Below, one piece after another: positions 37,745 through 51,717 of a stretch of DNA of 64,000 bases. The DNA is from Botryllus schlosseri (taxonomy: Eukaryota). Every line of letters starts with the position of its first letter. Within the stretch, counting starts at the first letter, position 1. The position numbers and the translations under genes are program-made. The notes below the pieces were generated by a model that saw nothing but the letters and a program-made list of their open reading frames with translations, was not told the origin of the DNA and did not search any database. Location of the stretch: contig CM119371.1 of NCBI GenBank assembly GCA_051294905.1, forward strand, positions 27,778,001-27,842,000, given 5' to 3'.

Positions 37745-40154
37745 GACTACGATCAGTGTACGACACCTCCACCAAATCAATTTTTGAAGTTACCTACTTT
37801 GATTCCTTTTCATACCTATCATTTTCTACTTCATCTTCAAGTAGTTTTGAGATATTTTGGAAATCACTACACTTTCAATTGTACCAATTTATGAATTAAA
37901 TATGCTTTTCTTGAGTGAAAATTCTGAACACTTTGACCGCCCTTGGCTATATGTCAGACTTTTTTGTGTCTAACTAGTGTTGTGGACTAGCTATATAGCG
38001 TTGCCAGCGTATAAGCACACTTTCCTACATGTAAATGAGGAACAGAGATTGTGAAGTGTCAGATATATCCTGTATAGCGCATCAATAGTAATTATAAATA
38101 GCCCATTATGTGTGTTCACGCGATATAAGGAACCGGAAAGCGTTTTTCACCGATAAAATATCATTGACACAATATGAGTCACATCTAAGTAAACTCGATT
38201 AGCGCTGAGAATAGTCGGTGATGTTGGGCGATTAATTGACGATATTAAATCATATCGTGCACCGAAATAAGGGACTTAAACGACCGTTTATACCTTGTTT
38301 CAGCGGGCAGGAAACGGCTTAGTTCAAAGGTGCATAATTTCTCCCGTCAGATTGATGTGATAACTTCTTTAGACGGAACAATTGCGCTCCATTGACTTCG
38401 CGGATAGAGGTCAACCATAGGACGAATCAATAATTATATGTGACGGAGATTAGTATTCCTATTGGGAATGACCACATATCTTGTATCCATCGTTCATACC
38501 GCGACTATCACAGTATGTCAAATCTCCATTTTGCGGCTCTAGAAAAAGCGGCTTGCTACAGATTAGATAGTGATGATATGAATCCAAGAATCCTTTCACG
38601 TAAAAGTATTTGCATTTTTCGTCGACATTAGGGATAAACACAAAGGAGAGGGTCTTAATATTCATCAAACGACTGGAAGACTCTATACACGAATATAAAC
38701 AGAAAATATTGTTTCAATACTTTTATTTCTGTCGCTGGAGTATCTAGATCTCGCTTGGCCATATCTCAGCATTGAAAAGCATCTTGAATAATTTACGAAT
38801 AGTCATGCTACGACACTTCTGTCAAATAATGATCGAGCCTCACGATACTTACAAACCGTTACGAAATATTCATGCTCCAGAAACAAGAAGCGATTTTCAG
38901 TGATGCGTGACTGTAACCAATCTGTTTGTGATCGCTTAAAATAGATATAAATACAAATTCCTTATTATTTTCTTTCATAACAAGTAACACTCAAATACTC
39001 GTTCGACCAGAAGCTTAATACCTGATTGGGAATTGAATCACCCCGATATTCGATTTTATATCCTGTACTCCGTTCTATCGCACCTTGCCGAGAGTCATCA
39101 ATGTGTATTCATGACCGGAATAGCCTGACCTGAAATAGACATCTGTAACATGTCCACTACTGCACCAAAGCTCGCTAGCCTGTTACTACCTAGCTATCAA
39201 TACTTCTGCATTTCCCACAACGTTGATTCGACTACCAAGTGGTATTGCCGTATTCGAAGGTTACTTCGCGCGAAAACGATTCGCCGTGCGTTATTTGTGA
39301 AGCGCGATGTAATTGTGAGTTCATCCGGTTGGCGTTGCGGCTTCGACAATAAGTTGTGTATCATAGGAAACGCGTGACGCTTGATTCCAAGGGACACTAC
39401 CTTGGGCTGATCAGGCACTGGTAACCAAAACCGTTACGCCGGTAAAAGCGTTAAGATTGCGCCATCTTACGTAACACACGACTACTCGAAGCCAATGGAT
39501 AAATAACTCGGTTCGACTGCATTACGGGGTTGTATACGCTGGTTTCGCTTATGATTTGGGTACGCACATTGCAAACGTTACCCCTACCCTTAAATTGTGT
39601 TACTGGGTAGCTAATCTGATTTTATTATACCTTGCGACTGCGCATGTTATTTGTTATCCTTTACTTGACGTTTTTGAAGGAATCAGTTCTCAATTTCAAT
39701 GTAACTGCCCTTCATTTGTATTCGGTTTTTCTGATCATTGTAACCGTCCGATTTTAGCCGATTTATTGCTTGATTACTGTTCTTCTACTCTATTCGCCTA
39801 TCTCGTCCTTGTTGCTGTTGTATCATGCTCCATCCTTTTATCAACGGACGAGGAAGCACTATTGCGAATCTCGCGCCCAAAGCAAACTTAGTATTTTAAA
39901 GGCAAATCCCGAGTTCGCATTATTATTATTCGATTTTGGCTCCTCGATTGTAATTGAATACAACACTAACACGCAACGCTTGCCGGGCTCACATTAGCAG
40001 ATTCTAGCTGGGCAGACAGGATTCGGCGTCTGGACAATCGCCACGCATTGACACTGGGCTGTCGCGTCGAAACAAAGCTCGCTCAGGCCTGAATGATAAG
40101 ATTCTTGTTGTCAAGCACGATAAGGAAAACCTTATACATACGTACCTTCCATAC

Positions 40155-40675
40155 CAGGGACGGGCAACATACGGCCCGCGAAGAGGTTTTGACCCTCCCG
40201 CAAAGAGTTTCTATCCAGATAGGGAAATACTATGCTGGAAGTATTGATGAATTTTTTCGTCACAGAATAAATCCAAGTATGCCAAACAGAGAAAGATGGA
40301 CATGAAACTACTTGCTCTGTTCTGGTGTACCTATATTTTCGACAATGTACATTAACGAGATAAGGCTATACGATCCAAAATAACTGATGTTCACGTGCAT
40401 TCTTTACTAAGGGTTTCTACATACGACATGCAGCCAGACTTCAAAGAGCTTTTTGCCAACTCTGACCGACCAGTGATGTCTGATTGACTTCAACGGCTAC
40501 TGTTAATAAATTTATTAAATTCTGTTTTGGTCTCTAAACTTATAGGTAACATTAAATACGATTTATTCTTTAGGTGGATAAATTCGTGATTAATGTATAT
40601 ATTCTGTAATCCAGCGCGCAAAGTGCTTTATTGTCCCAGATCCATCCGGCCGACCGGAGAAGTCGCCTCCACCTG
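40155..40675 (+). mobile_element. Non-autonomous hAT element, same family as 37268-37744
   Basis: TIR-like ends; TSD TTCCATAC/TTCTATAC; internal homology. Confidence 0.8.
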
Positions 40676-43600
40676 TTCTATACCCTGGCCTAGATATTTC
40701 CGTGTGGCATTTACCGATGGAAGTATAGCAACAGGGATGCTCTTTTTAGTACAGGTCCATACTGAAGTCTGAAAGTCCATCAGGTCCGTTAAAAATCTTA
40801 CATATATACTGTTTTGGTTGGCTATATACTTGTAGTGATGACTAAAAATGAAATAGAAATTCCCTCTCCCGCCTGCCGGCTCAATCCGCATAATCTGCTC
40901 GTGAATACTGTTGTTCTCGACTTGTTTGCGTTGGTTTACCTTATACTTGTGATGATGATGATGATGACTATAAAACAAAGGAATGTCAACTTTTCCGTCC
41001 GTCTACGCGCCAGATCCCAATATTGTGCTTATGGTCCGGAGTCCGGATACATTATACATCAAATGTCCACCTGATAAGATGAGTAGCCCTGCTATACACC
41101 ATCCGCACCTTGAAGTGTTAATAATTTTATTGCTAAAACGGGCAGTCGCGAGCGCGTCAAAACGTATCGATATCCAGTCGCCTACTCTTTGACGGATGTT
41201 TGGCTGCATACCATTCGTTTGAGTTATTGTGATATACGAGAGACGTTACTAACTGGACGACAGCTATTGATCTGAAGAGGTATTTGTAACCTACGCAATT
41301 ACTGCTTCGTTGCAGCAGTCGTCAAAGCCTTTAGTCGGAGATGAGGGAACATAATATTTTCAATTCCAGATCCAGAATCCATTTCAAGAGCCATGCTAAT
41401 CCAAGTTTAAGTTTAGTGACTGATGTTTATACTCATGCGTCGCTTGGACATTGAATACTGTTGAATCGTTCATGACAGAGTCCGAATTCATCTTCAAATA
41501 TTTGTATGTCCACATCCAGTCAAAGTGCTCAGCTCTGTTATTTTCTAATCCTTAGCAATTTCCGTACTAATGTCTCTCGATTAATATCATCACCTCGAGT
41601 TTCAGGTGTGCTGTAGGAGTTGCGGGTATTTAGGCGAACAGATCGGGTCAGAACATATGTTGCGTGAAGAATACTCTTCGAGGTACAGAACTTCCTTACA
41701 ATTCAATAATATATTCATATTGGAATAAACCTAATCTTCTCAGCTGAAGATCGCCTGGGTTAATCGCCAGCAACTAGAAGAGATCAAACAAACATTGTAT
41801 ATCAACAATCACGATAGGTTATATTATTAAATTGTATAACATTGTGTCCAACAGGGACTATATACTACTGTACCGTGTAATGGTACAAAATGACCGTGGT
41901 CGGTGGACATCTGCACACTCATCTCACCAACCAACCCACCAACATCCGTTGTTTCAGGAATGAAATGAATGAGATCACAATGCATCAAGTTGCGGGTATG
42001 CAGACACTATTACTCGGCATCCGATAGTTGTAACCTCTAACATTCGATTGTTTCGTCACGTGTGCATCCGGCTTAACAATACGATGAGGAGACCAGCATA
42101 CAGTGGGTGTATTTAGCTGTAGGATGGCTGTTACGTAAGCCACCTGGAAGGTGTAATGTCTGTCTGATATTAGTCGTGGCCGAGTACTATAAGGTTACAG
42201 TTACAAGCAGACTAAGAGCGAAATGCCAATAATCTAATTCTAATGTAATTTGTGAAATGTTTCCATGCTATAATTCCTGAATCTAATCTAAGTTTTGGTT
42301 TTACTGAAAATCCGACAGTAGAACTGCATCGTGCGAAACGACCCAAGCTTGGTGCACACTGTACAAACATCGCCCAATGTCCATTCTTACGCTCGCGAGG
42401 CTGAATTATGATTTGATATAAACTAATCTTGTTTTTTATTGCATTTGGCTCCAATTCAGGATTTAATTCAATTTCGAAGAGCTCAGCAATTATACTTAAA
42501 ACAAATTTGGAAAAAATGAGTAGTTCTGAGTCTAATTCGAATCTAATTGGGAAAAGCTGGGATTATCCTATATAGTTGTCCAACTTTTTTTTACAAGCGT
42601 TGATTAGCGCCGGTAACCGTGGCCTATTCATTCATTTCTAGACAGACATGCAGATTTGTTGTCTTATCCAGAAAGTCAGTAGGAACAATAGATAACGGAG
42701 TGAAAGATACAATAGCATATATTTCCACAGGTACGTAACGACGACCCCGTGCAAAGTCTGCAATGTGCATATTATTATCTTATCTGATATGCGACAGCAT
42801 AGCACAGGGGTCGGGTCAAACGTGGTCAGCAACATCCGTACTACTACTGCAGTTTTTCGTAGTAATCAAATGGATCTCTCTAGTACTATCTGCTATAGCG
42901 GTTATAATTTAAGTAAACTCTACTTCTAATTCGGTTTAGGCAAAACTATATAGGCCAGGAATACTTAGGTTGTTATTATTATAACCTATATTTATACAAT
43001 GCTTGCTCTAAATTTATCTTTTATCGCATCTGTATTGAATGTTGACTCTACGTATATAAGTGGGATTTCATATATATGTTCATTGTTCACGTTTATTACC
43101 TATATATGCATCAAACACTTCAAACGGGTGGCGACTGACTCTAAAGGCGTAACGGTCCATCGTCGTATCTCAGTCTATACCGCAATTTTGTTTCGTATAC
43201 TTCTTTATTTATTGGTGTGACGAATAAAAGCCTATCTATCTAACAGGGCGACTATTTTTTGTCATTGCAAGATAATGTTAAAAATTGGTCCAAATTGTAG
43301 CGTTAGGTCAAAAAATTGTATATAACAGTGATTCCCAACCGCGGCTCCGAGGGCCGCGTACGGCCCGCAGATAGCCTTCTTGCGGCCCCCACAAAATATT
43401 TAGAAATCGAGTATTGACAAAAAATAAAATTTTATATTGATAAAATGCACATACTTGGCTTGGAGTCTGGAGTTTTTAATTAAGATTGCAGGAAAGTCGT
43501 GAGTAGACTGCTAACGTTACGTCGCTGCTGTTCCAATGCAATGTGCCCTAACTTTCCAGTTGAACGAGCAGTAGCTACAGTTGCAATATGGTTTAATAAT

Positions 43601-44774
43601 ATTATTAAACCGCGAGTCCGGTTTCTCTCGTGTCTGGGGATCTATTGGGTCGAAAGTGACACAGCAGCGCGACCGTATGACATTTCAATTGTATACTTGT
43701 GGAACTAGTATATTTTCCATGCATACTGCATATATCGGCTCCGCATTGGCGTTTTCGCTTCTGTGAATAACTACTTTGTGGTCTATATTTGTATAATACT
43801 CTGAACTTGGTACGCACTTTTTGCTTTCTTGAAATTGGATGCCAATTTCACTGACTTGCTACTAGTGATAACTAGAGTGAAACCACAGCGCAGTATAGTC
43901 GAGTAGTTATAATGAAGCCTGTGACCTTGGAAATATTTCCTGCAAAAAAATCTCAAAATATTTTTACAAATGTGCTGGAAAATGTTAGAATTTTTCAATC
44001 TACTCAGAATTGCTTCGCGGGCCGGATGAACTCGTCTGGCGGACCGTATGTTTGACACTATTGCTATAAAGTGAGAAGTTTATGAACGATTTGGATATGA
44101 TTACGTGAATTCAAATGTATTTCTTATTTCATATGAACTGAGATTGGCTATACCGGCAAACTAGCCGCGGAGTAACTAAAGATGTCGTGGTGATTTGCGT
44201 TTGCTCTCCATATCGGTGACATAATCTGTACGATTGAGCTAACGCTAGCTTCTCAGAGCCGCATATTCGATTTTTTTTTAGTGATATTATCAGTAGTCTC
44301 AAATTTCCGATTTTATTGGTAGGTCAACCAAAGAATTACTAACGAGATCATCGCTCCGACAGCACAATAATCAAAGTTCGAACTGCTGGGTTATACTTCT
44401 CGGAAAGTGTATTGCTGATAGCGAAATGTCATGACGGCACCAGGAAGTTCGACAATTACAGCTAGTGTCATAAATAACGAGGTATTCAGAATGCAGAGTT
44501 TGTGTTTAGCTTGGGTTGAAGGCTTGAGCTCCCACCCGGGACGGAATTCCTCACTTTGGGTGAATTTTGTCTGACTTTAGGTTAGTAAAAGTAAGGTATA
44601 CCTGGACTCAGCATTTAAAGAAAAATCGATGACAGAACTTTATTGCATGAAACTATAGTTCATTCGAAATGTGTCTTCACTTTATTTAGTCCTCCTTGTT
44701 ATTTAGTTTAATTTTTTTGGCATATGAAAACGGAAACGCGCTGATTTTATGCAGCTTGAGACTTACAGCATTCC

Positions 44775-45068
44775 GTTGTTTATGTTGTTGATTGTGGTAT
44801 TCACGGTGTTTGTCGACTACAATGGTCATTTACACCAGGCCTACATTCACTATTTTTGATTCCGTAACTGCCGGCTGATTGTAGATTGTATTAGTACGGC
44901 CCACTTCTAGGCTTCTTTAAGACACCGCATGCACGGATGAGATGGCGAGGAGGAGCCTAGATAAACCTCCAATACTGTGGTAGGAATTCTGGAGTCTACC
45001 TCGGTCGGACTCGAACCCACAACCGATTGGCGTTGCAGCTGTGGATTATACCACTACGCTATCTCATC
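44775..45068 (-). mobile_element. tRNA-derived SINE, type 1, near full length
   Basis: A box TAGCGTAGTGG, B box GGTTCGAGTCC, AAC-rich tail. Confidence 0.85.
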
Positions 45069-45407
45069 ACTACATCATTCCGTAATTGCGAGGATACTCA
45101 AAATGGGCTTTTTTGTTACAGGTCGGTGGTGACTCGAGCTGAATATTTATTCAAACCATTAATCTTCGCAAGCTACCGTAGCTTTTCTTCCGTAAATGCC
45201 ACTATCACTTCAAACATGGCAAGGGGTGACCCAGATGTGAATATTGCGTCACAAAGTCAAACTGCGTCACGCTGCAAAATTCGAGGTTTATGTTGGACCG
45301 GTTCTAGAGCAGAATGAAATTCGTGTTTTCGTAATCATCTCCGTGTTATATTCCGATTGATATAGTTTTATCAAATTGCCCACTAGTGAGGCCAGTTTAG
45401 TCTATAC

Positions 45408-47513
45408 CAGTGGTTCTTAACCGCCGGTCCGCGACGACTTTCTTGCCGGCCCGCCAGGCATTTTACAATTTCATACGTTAATTTCAAGGTGCAATATATT
45501 GAAGGCTTGTCCATTGATAAAATCAATAAAGCATCAAAATTTAAACTGATTGAGAACTTCGTCAGGTAGCAGTAGGTATGGAAACATTTGACTTGAAGTT
45601 CAAGCCGTGTCATTTAACGACATGTGAGCAACCATAGTACAAGCTGACTTGCTAAAATGCGCAGTTTGCACGATGATTCGATTTCCATTCATTCATTTTG
45701 TGCAGTATAGTAACTATAGTAACTGCCACACTTCAACCAATCCCTAATTGATAGGGGCCGAGCTTGAAGGAGCCAAAAGTTATTTCGTGAATGAACATAA
45801 ACTGAAGATTATTTTAGTTGAAACTTCATCCAACTTTTAAAAACAAATATGTCACACTTTGTCCGATTTGGTGTCACTATATAAATTGGATATCGAGTGA
45901 TCAGGCATTTGCGGCGTCAGCCATTGCCGCGCCACGGCGCACCAATGCATGATGAAGTTTGGGCTAATACAGGACTGCGAAAAGTGTGCCAAACATTTGG
46001 CAGCGACAAAACCTTGGCCGAAAATGACTGCCCTTTGTAGACCACAAACCCAGATATAAATATGTCAAATTTTCCATAGGCACCTAAATGACTGGAGCCG
46101 AATTTCCCTGTACTGGCAATCTGTACCACACAGGAAAAACGCCATCCCATAAAGAAAGTTATTTTCCAGTGAAGGAATAGCAATTTGGAATCGTGTGCTT
46201 CTTTTAGCTTAGTACGCTTGGGTAGGCTTGCCATATTTTGGAAATCTGAAAAGAGGATACTTTTTCACAAATTTCAGACATGCAAAACTGGAGGAGAATT
46301 CTCAAAAACCGTTGAAGAAAAAAAAAAGGTCATCTTATCCGCTCAAAGCTCAAAATACCGTTTTTCTCTCCACATTAATTGCCAGGTGGATGACTAAATA
46401 AAAAAAAAGGTCATCTTATCCGCTCAAAGCTCAAAATACCGTTTTTCTCTCCACATTAATTGCCAGGTGGATGACTAAATAAATAAAAAGAGCTAATATC
46501 GCCGTTTTTCACTCCGAAATACCCGCCGGAGCTTCACTTCTGCGCTAATTCGCGGCATGTCACTCGCAATTTGCTCTAAATCTGAACTAAATTTTCAAAA
46601 AAGAGGACAAAAGGGCGTCCTCCGAGGACACTTTCAAAAAAGTCAAAAAAGAGGACAAATCCTCTTAAAATGGTATGGTATGGTATGGTATGGTAAGCCT
46701 ACGCTTGGGCGATTTCAATATCTATTCACTATATAACAGACAGTAGGTCATGAATTAATGACATGCAACAAAGTAATTATTGCAACAGTCCAGCCCGAAT
46801 ATGTTTAATTTGATTACATGCCATAAATTTTCCAAGACTACACCTCACTCAGCTCCACCGGAGTATCTGATTCTGATAGGATAAAATAAAATATAGAAAT
46901 ATGTACGCAATTACCAATATTATTGACGGATTCGGTCATGAATTATAGAAAATTTCAACGCTTCTAGCGATTAGGCTACGTAGACTCTTTTCGGCACTGG
47001 TTTTGTGTATGGCCATTGGCCAGGTATAACTATTGCCAGGTGTTTTCGTGCGGCGCATTGTATCCGTAGTAGCCAGAGTAGCCTACGTCTGGTGGTAGTG
47101 ACCAATCAGCATTCAGCAAGGTAGCACGACAAGGTACCTGGTTCGACTCCCAAACACTTCTTCTCGCGATATTGTCGAAGAGAATAATATTATTCGAGTT
47201 GACATGGTCGGTTAAATCCAGGGCATATACGGGGCGAAAGACTGTAAACGACTCTCCGCGGAAGCACGTTTATCTGGGCGAGGCAATTTTACCTTGACGT
47301 AACTCACTACCGAAAAATCTCATGGATACCATCATGAACATAATTAATTACGATCAAAACCCTAAAATGTCACTCTTTAGCACCATATACTTGCAAAAAA
47401 CGGCTTCATACTTTACATTTTGGGTTGATTCCAATTTCTGAAAGTCCACCGGTCCGCGAAATATTTTTTGAAATTTTACCGGTCCGCGAGGTGAAAAAGG
47501 TTGAGAAACACTG
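45408..47513. mobile_element. 2.1-kb non-autonomous hAT element with nested insertions
   Basis: CAGTGGTTCTTAACC...GGTTGAGAAACACTG; perfect TSD GTCTATAC. Confidence 0.88.
46223..46701. mobile_element. Nested hAT-type MITE with an ~80-bp internal tandem duplication
   Basis: TAGGCTTGCCATA...TATGGTAAGCCTA; perfect TSD CGCTTGGG. Confidence 0.88.
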
Positions 47514-50500
47514 GTCTATACCATTGCAGGACCTTATCAAGTAAGGATTCACGAGGTTGGTAAACATTAAGAACCAATGTTTTAACGCAAAAGTAACTAA
47601 ATAGCGAGATGCGCATCACTCAGAGCTACATATCATAAATCAGCATAGCATGACTATGCGCATGGAGATGCCAAAAAGCAGCATACAGTTGCCATTGTGG
47701 CGTTATCAGTTTTTCCGATACCACAATAGCTCGCGATAACATTTTGTTTTGCTCGGATCCCTGTCATACATACCCATTATATAGGTACTCCTACGTGACA
47801 CTCAGAATTAGCAATGTGATGTCCCCTGACGTCATAGCCTACGCGGTCACATTGTGTGGGCTACACGCTTTTACTCTTCTTCTCTAACATCTCAATGAAG
47901 GGTAAACAGAAATTATGTACCGCGCCATGTCGTAACAGATATTCCTAAGTGGATGTTACCAAAGTACGAAGATAGTCATACGGTTGGCGACATTGTGAGG
48001 TCTGGGCAAAATCACGTGCCTAAATGACTCGGGCATCACTCATTATGAAGTCACTGCAGCATGAATGATGTGGAAAGCTCATATGTGTGCCTTTTATTAG
48101 ACCACAAATAATATTACGCCAGTTCTGCATCACATTAATGGTTATTTAGTATTTATGTGACCATAACTAGTTCATTCCACTTTGAAGATAACAGATAGAG
48201 AGAGAGAGAGAGAGGGAGAGAGTCTTTATTTTTATATCCAACCGAAATGCATAACAGAGGGCAATGATGGTGGTACAGAAAATACGCATGCACACTTGCA
48301 CAGTATTCGGTATCAGATAGGAATGATCGAAACGACCTTGAAGGTCGACTGTAGTCTGATCGCACCCGGATGAAACAGGTACAATTGTCTCCATACAGTA
48401 TGGACGATGCTGTAGGTGGGTCAGTACTTCTCAGCTATGTCATTTGCACTAACGTGAGGAGCTTTGTGCTTCGTGTTTCGTGTGTTACGGTACGACCAGT
48501 CGAGATTTACAGTAAAATAGTATCGAAAGTAACATTCTCGCCGATAGATTAACTATTAGTGACGGAGAACGTATGAATTCAGTACTCGAAAAATCATCTC
48601 TTCCTCTTCAAATTGGATTAGTTATAGATTCGAATTACTACTAGCTTTAGAACCGAGTGCTCGTGTCGTTGTGCCCAGCAATCAAAGAAGGTCAACAAGC
48701 CACACGCAGGCGAGACGACATGGCGCAGATTTAGCGATGAGCGAGCTATTCCCACGGCAACTATACACCACGAGAGCTTGAATGACTATACCGAAAGGCT
48801 ATATACCTAATTCACTACTGCTTGTGATCGCGTTATTTCCATACGTTCTCGGCGTGAGATTTATCGGCCGCGCTGACGTTTCCTTTAATCAACCGACCGT
48901 GAACAGACTGTAAAATTTACGAAATATAGAGGATCGCACAGAATTATACAGGACTTCCATTGATATGATATCCAATATTGCATCAGCAGATACGGGTATC
49001 CACTATTTCGACAATGACTGAGACTTTTGGATCAAAACGCGCACGCGCATTGCACAAAAACGCATGCACGGGAAGGAATTGACACGTCCCTACTAATATA
49101 ACTATTCAAAAAGGTTTGCCTTTACGACACAGTGTCATCGGCCGAAGACACGCCTGGGTTCCCGAATCCCCAGGTTACCAACTTCGCTGCGGGTCATCGA
49201 CATAGCGGTAAGATTGTTGCACCTATGATGCAATGCGATATAGCCACTTCAGATTCCTAACGAAACAACGCTAGGGTTGAGGGTTATGCAATGCTAGATT
49301 GCCAGAGAGAAAATTATTTGTTATGACTTGAATTGGCAACTATAGTCCACTAGATTAACGAGCCAAGTTACGTTTCATTCGGTAGCTGGCATGTATATCG
49401 TCGCTATGGAAACAGTAGCCCAATGCCCATTTTACACACTTTGAGAGGATTACGTTTTTCAAAGTTCACATTTTCCATTGGCCATATGTTGACCATGCAT
49501 GGTTAAATTTTAAACAACGCGGCGACCATAACCATTACCATTACCCACCGCACCAAGGACTACTTCAAGTTGTTTCGACACCTTTCTTTGTTTTTATTTT
49601 GCCGCAATCTTGTGGTGCTTTAAATTGATGAAAATATTCGCAAACGAACCAGAAGTTTCGCCCGGACTCACTAAATGACGAATCGCTCAGTTCTCTCTTA
49701 CTTATGAGGAAGGTATGTAAACATCGATCAATTTCCTTCTGCGTTGCCCCAACATCAGTCAGGTAGTATTTTCGCCACGCACCAGACACCAGCACAAACT
49801 TTACAGGTTGGTGGGAAAAAGTCTCGACGTAACAGTTATGCGCACGTCGTGGTCTGCTCGCAACAGCGGAACCACTTAAACATTCAGATAATTTGTGTGG
49901 TTTAGCGTGTATAGTTCAGTGGGCTCGTTTTATCTGTAGTTATGGTCAAAGTTGAGTCTACAGTATCAGGTTAGTGTTGTGAGCAAAGGTATATACACTA
50001 TGATTTTTAACTTACCTATAAATTAAATGGGTGGAATGAATGTAGCTCCCAAGTTGTCGCCGTCACGTTGTGTGCAAATGAATTCTACTGCTACTGTATA
50101 GTGCGACATTCAACTTTTACCTCAATACCTGTTGCTTTAAAGTTTAAATGAACCTGGTATAGGCATTATTAATTATGCCTTATGAACGGGGTGATATTAG
50201 TTACTTTCACCAATACCACCATTTCGCGTTTTCCCGGGGTGTTGCACGTGATTGAAACGCCCCATCTCGTGGTTATGACCTCATAAGAATGGGTGCATAT
50301 GGTTCATCAGCATCAGCTGGTGTAGGTGTGACGGTTGAATGTTGTAGCAAACAATTGTGCACGTGATTACAACCATGGAAGAGCCAAGAAAGTCCACGTT
50401 TTCCCTTACAATGTATATGGTGACAGGGTTAGTTGCAGACATGCGATCTCGATTGGCTTAGACACTGTACGGTGTGAATATTTTTGTAAAATAGCAGATG

Positions 50501-50903
50501 CATGCAGTAATCTTAACAATCGTTTAATACATCCATATTGAAATGAATCCGAATATTTTGGGCTGATACTAGTCAGGGGTAATCGTATGCATCTAGTAAA
50601 AAAATGAAAGAAACTTAGCATATCAGCTGTCCTATAAAGTTCGTATTGATGTTTCCTCACAATAGCTTTATTGTTCATTGGGGCCCACAAATATTTTCTT
50701 ACAAATGCCACTCGTAGATTGTCAAAAAGTACGTACTGTATCAAGTTCTGCACATCCAAGAGTTTCTTTCAACCATAACATCTCTGATAAACATATTCTT
50801 CGAATTGAGATATCCTATCAATCACTGCTTTGCGATAACTGCGTAAAAGGGACATGGTCACACAATAAAAATGAATCTATCCTTATTGCATCACGCGATT
50901 TCG

Positions 50904-51165
50904 GTTTGTTTGCTTGTTATGTGGTATTTATGGTTTTTGTCGACTTCTATGGTAATTTACACCAGGCCGATAGTGATTATTATTTCCCGTAACTGCCGAC
51001 TTATAGCACGGCCCACCTCTAGGCTTTTTGTAAGACACCGCTTACGCGGATGAGGTGGCGCAGAGGTGCCTAGGTAAACGTCCAACACTAAGGTATCGGC
51101 TTTCTGAAGTCGACCTCGGTCGGACTCGAACCCGCACCCATTGGTGTTGCAGCCGCGGATTATAC
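50904..51165 (-). mobile_element. tRNA-derived SINE, type 1
   Basis: Homologous to 44775-45068; B box intact, head slightly truncated. Confidence 0.82.
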
Positions 51166-51369
51166 ATTATACATGCCATTTTGGTTGTGAAAGTTGTAAT
51201 GGCTCGCCTCCGTCACGGAAACAATCTAGACCAGGGGGAGCTTATGAGATTATATCATTCCTCGCAGTGGCAGATTTCGTCATTTCCGATGGAGCTACAT
51301 ATAATATTGAGGCCGGTCGTGGTAAATGTTACATCAGCTCAGTATCTTCTGTGACCAGCCCAAAAATAC

Positions 51370-51717
51370 GGTTCTATACCAATACCGAGAAAACCATTTC
51401 CGAGAATGGACATTAACGAGAATGCCATTACCGAGAATGGACATTACCGAGAATGGACACCACCGAGAATGAACATTACCGAGAATGGCCAATGTCAAGA
51501 ATATAACTTACTGGGACTGACGTTGTCGAGAAATTTATACCTGAGCATCGATACCGAATGTGGCAACGCCGTGATGCACTCACACGGCCTGGCCTGTGCA
51601 TATGCATAACATGCATGCATCGCATATATTGCATTCTCGGTAATGTCCATTCTCGGTGGTGTCCATTCTCGGTAATGGCATTATCGGTAATGGTTTTCTC
51701 GGTATTGACCGGACACC
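51370..51717. mobile_element. MITE with long TIRs built of 20-bp CCGAGAATGG units; 9-bp TSD suggests Mutator-like
   Basis: Inverted arrays of ACCGAGAATGG; flanks CAAAAATAC/CCAAAATAC. Confidence 0.72.

Noticed and set aside
44995..45068. Possible tRNA genes at SINE heads (also 5320-5393, 16001-16065)
   Set aside because: No complete cloverleaf, and each continues into a shared repeat body.
51130..51160. Apparent covariation CCGC/GCGG vs CCAC/GTGG in SINE heads
   Set aside because: Explained equally well by CpG decay.
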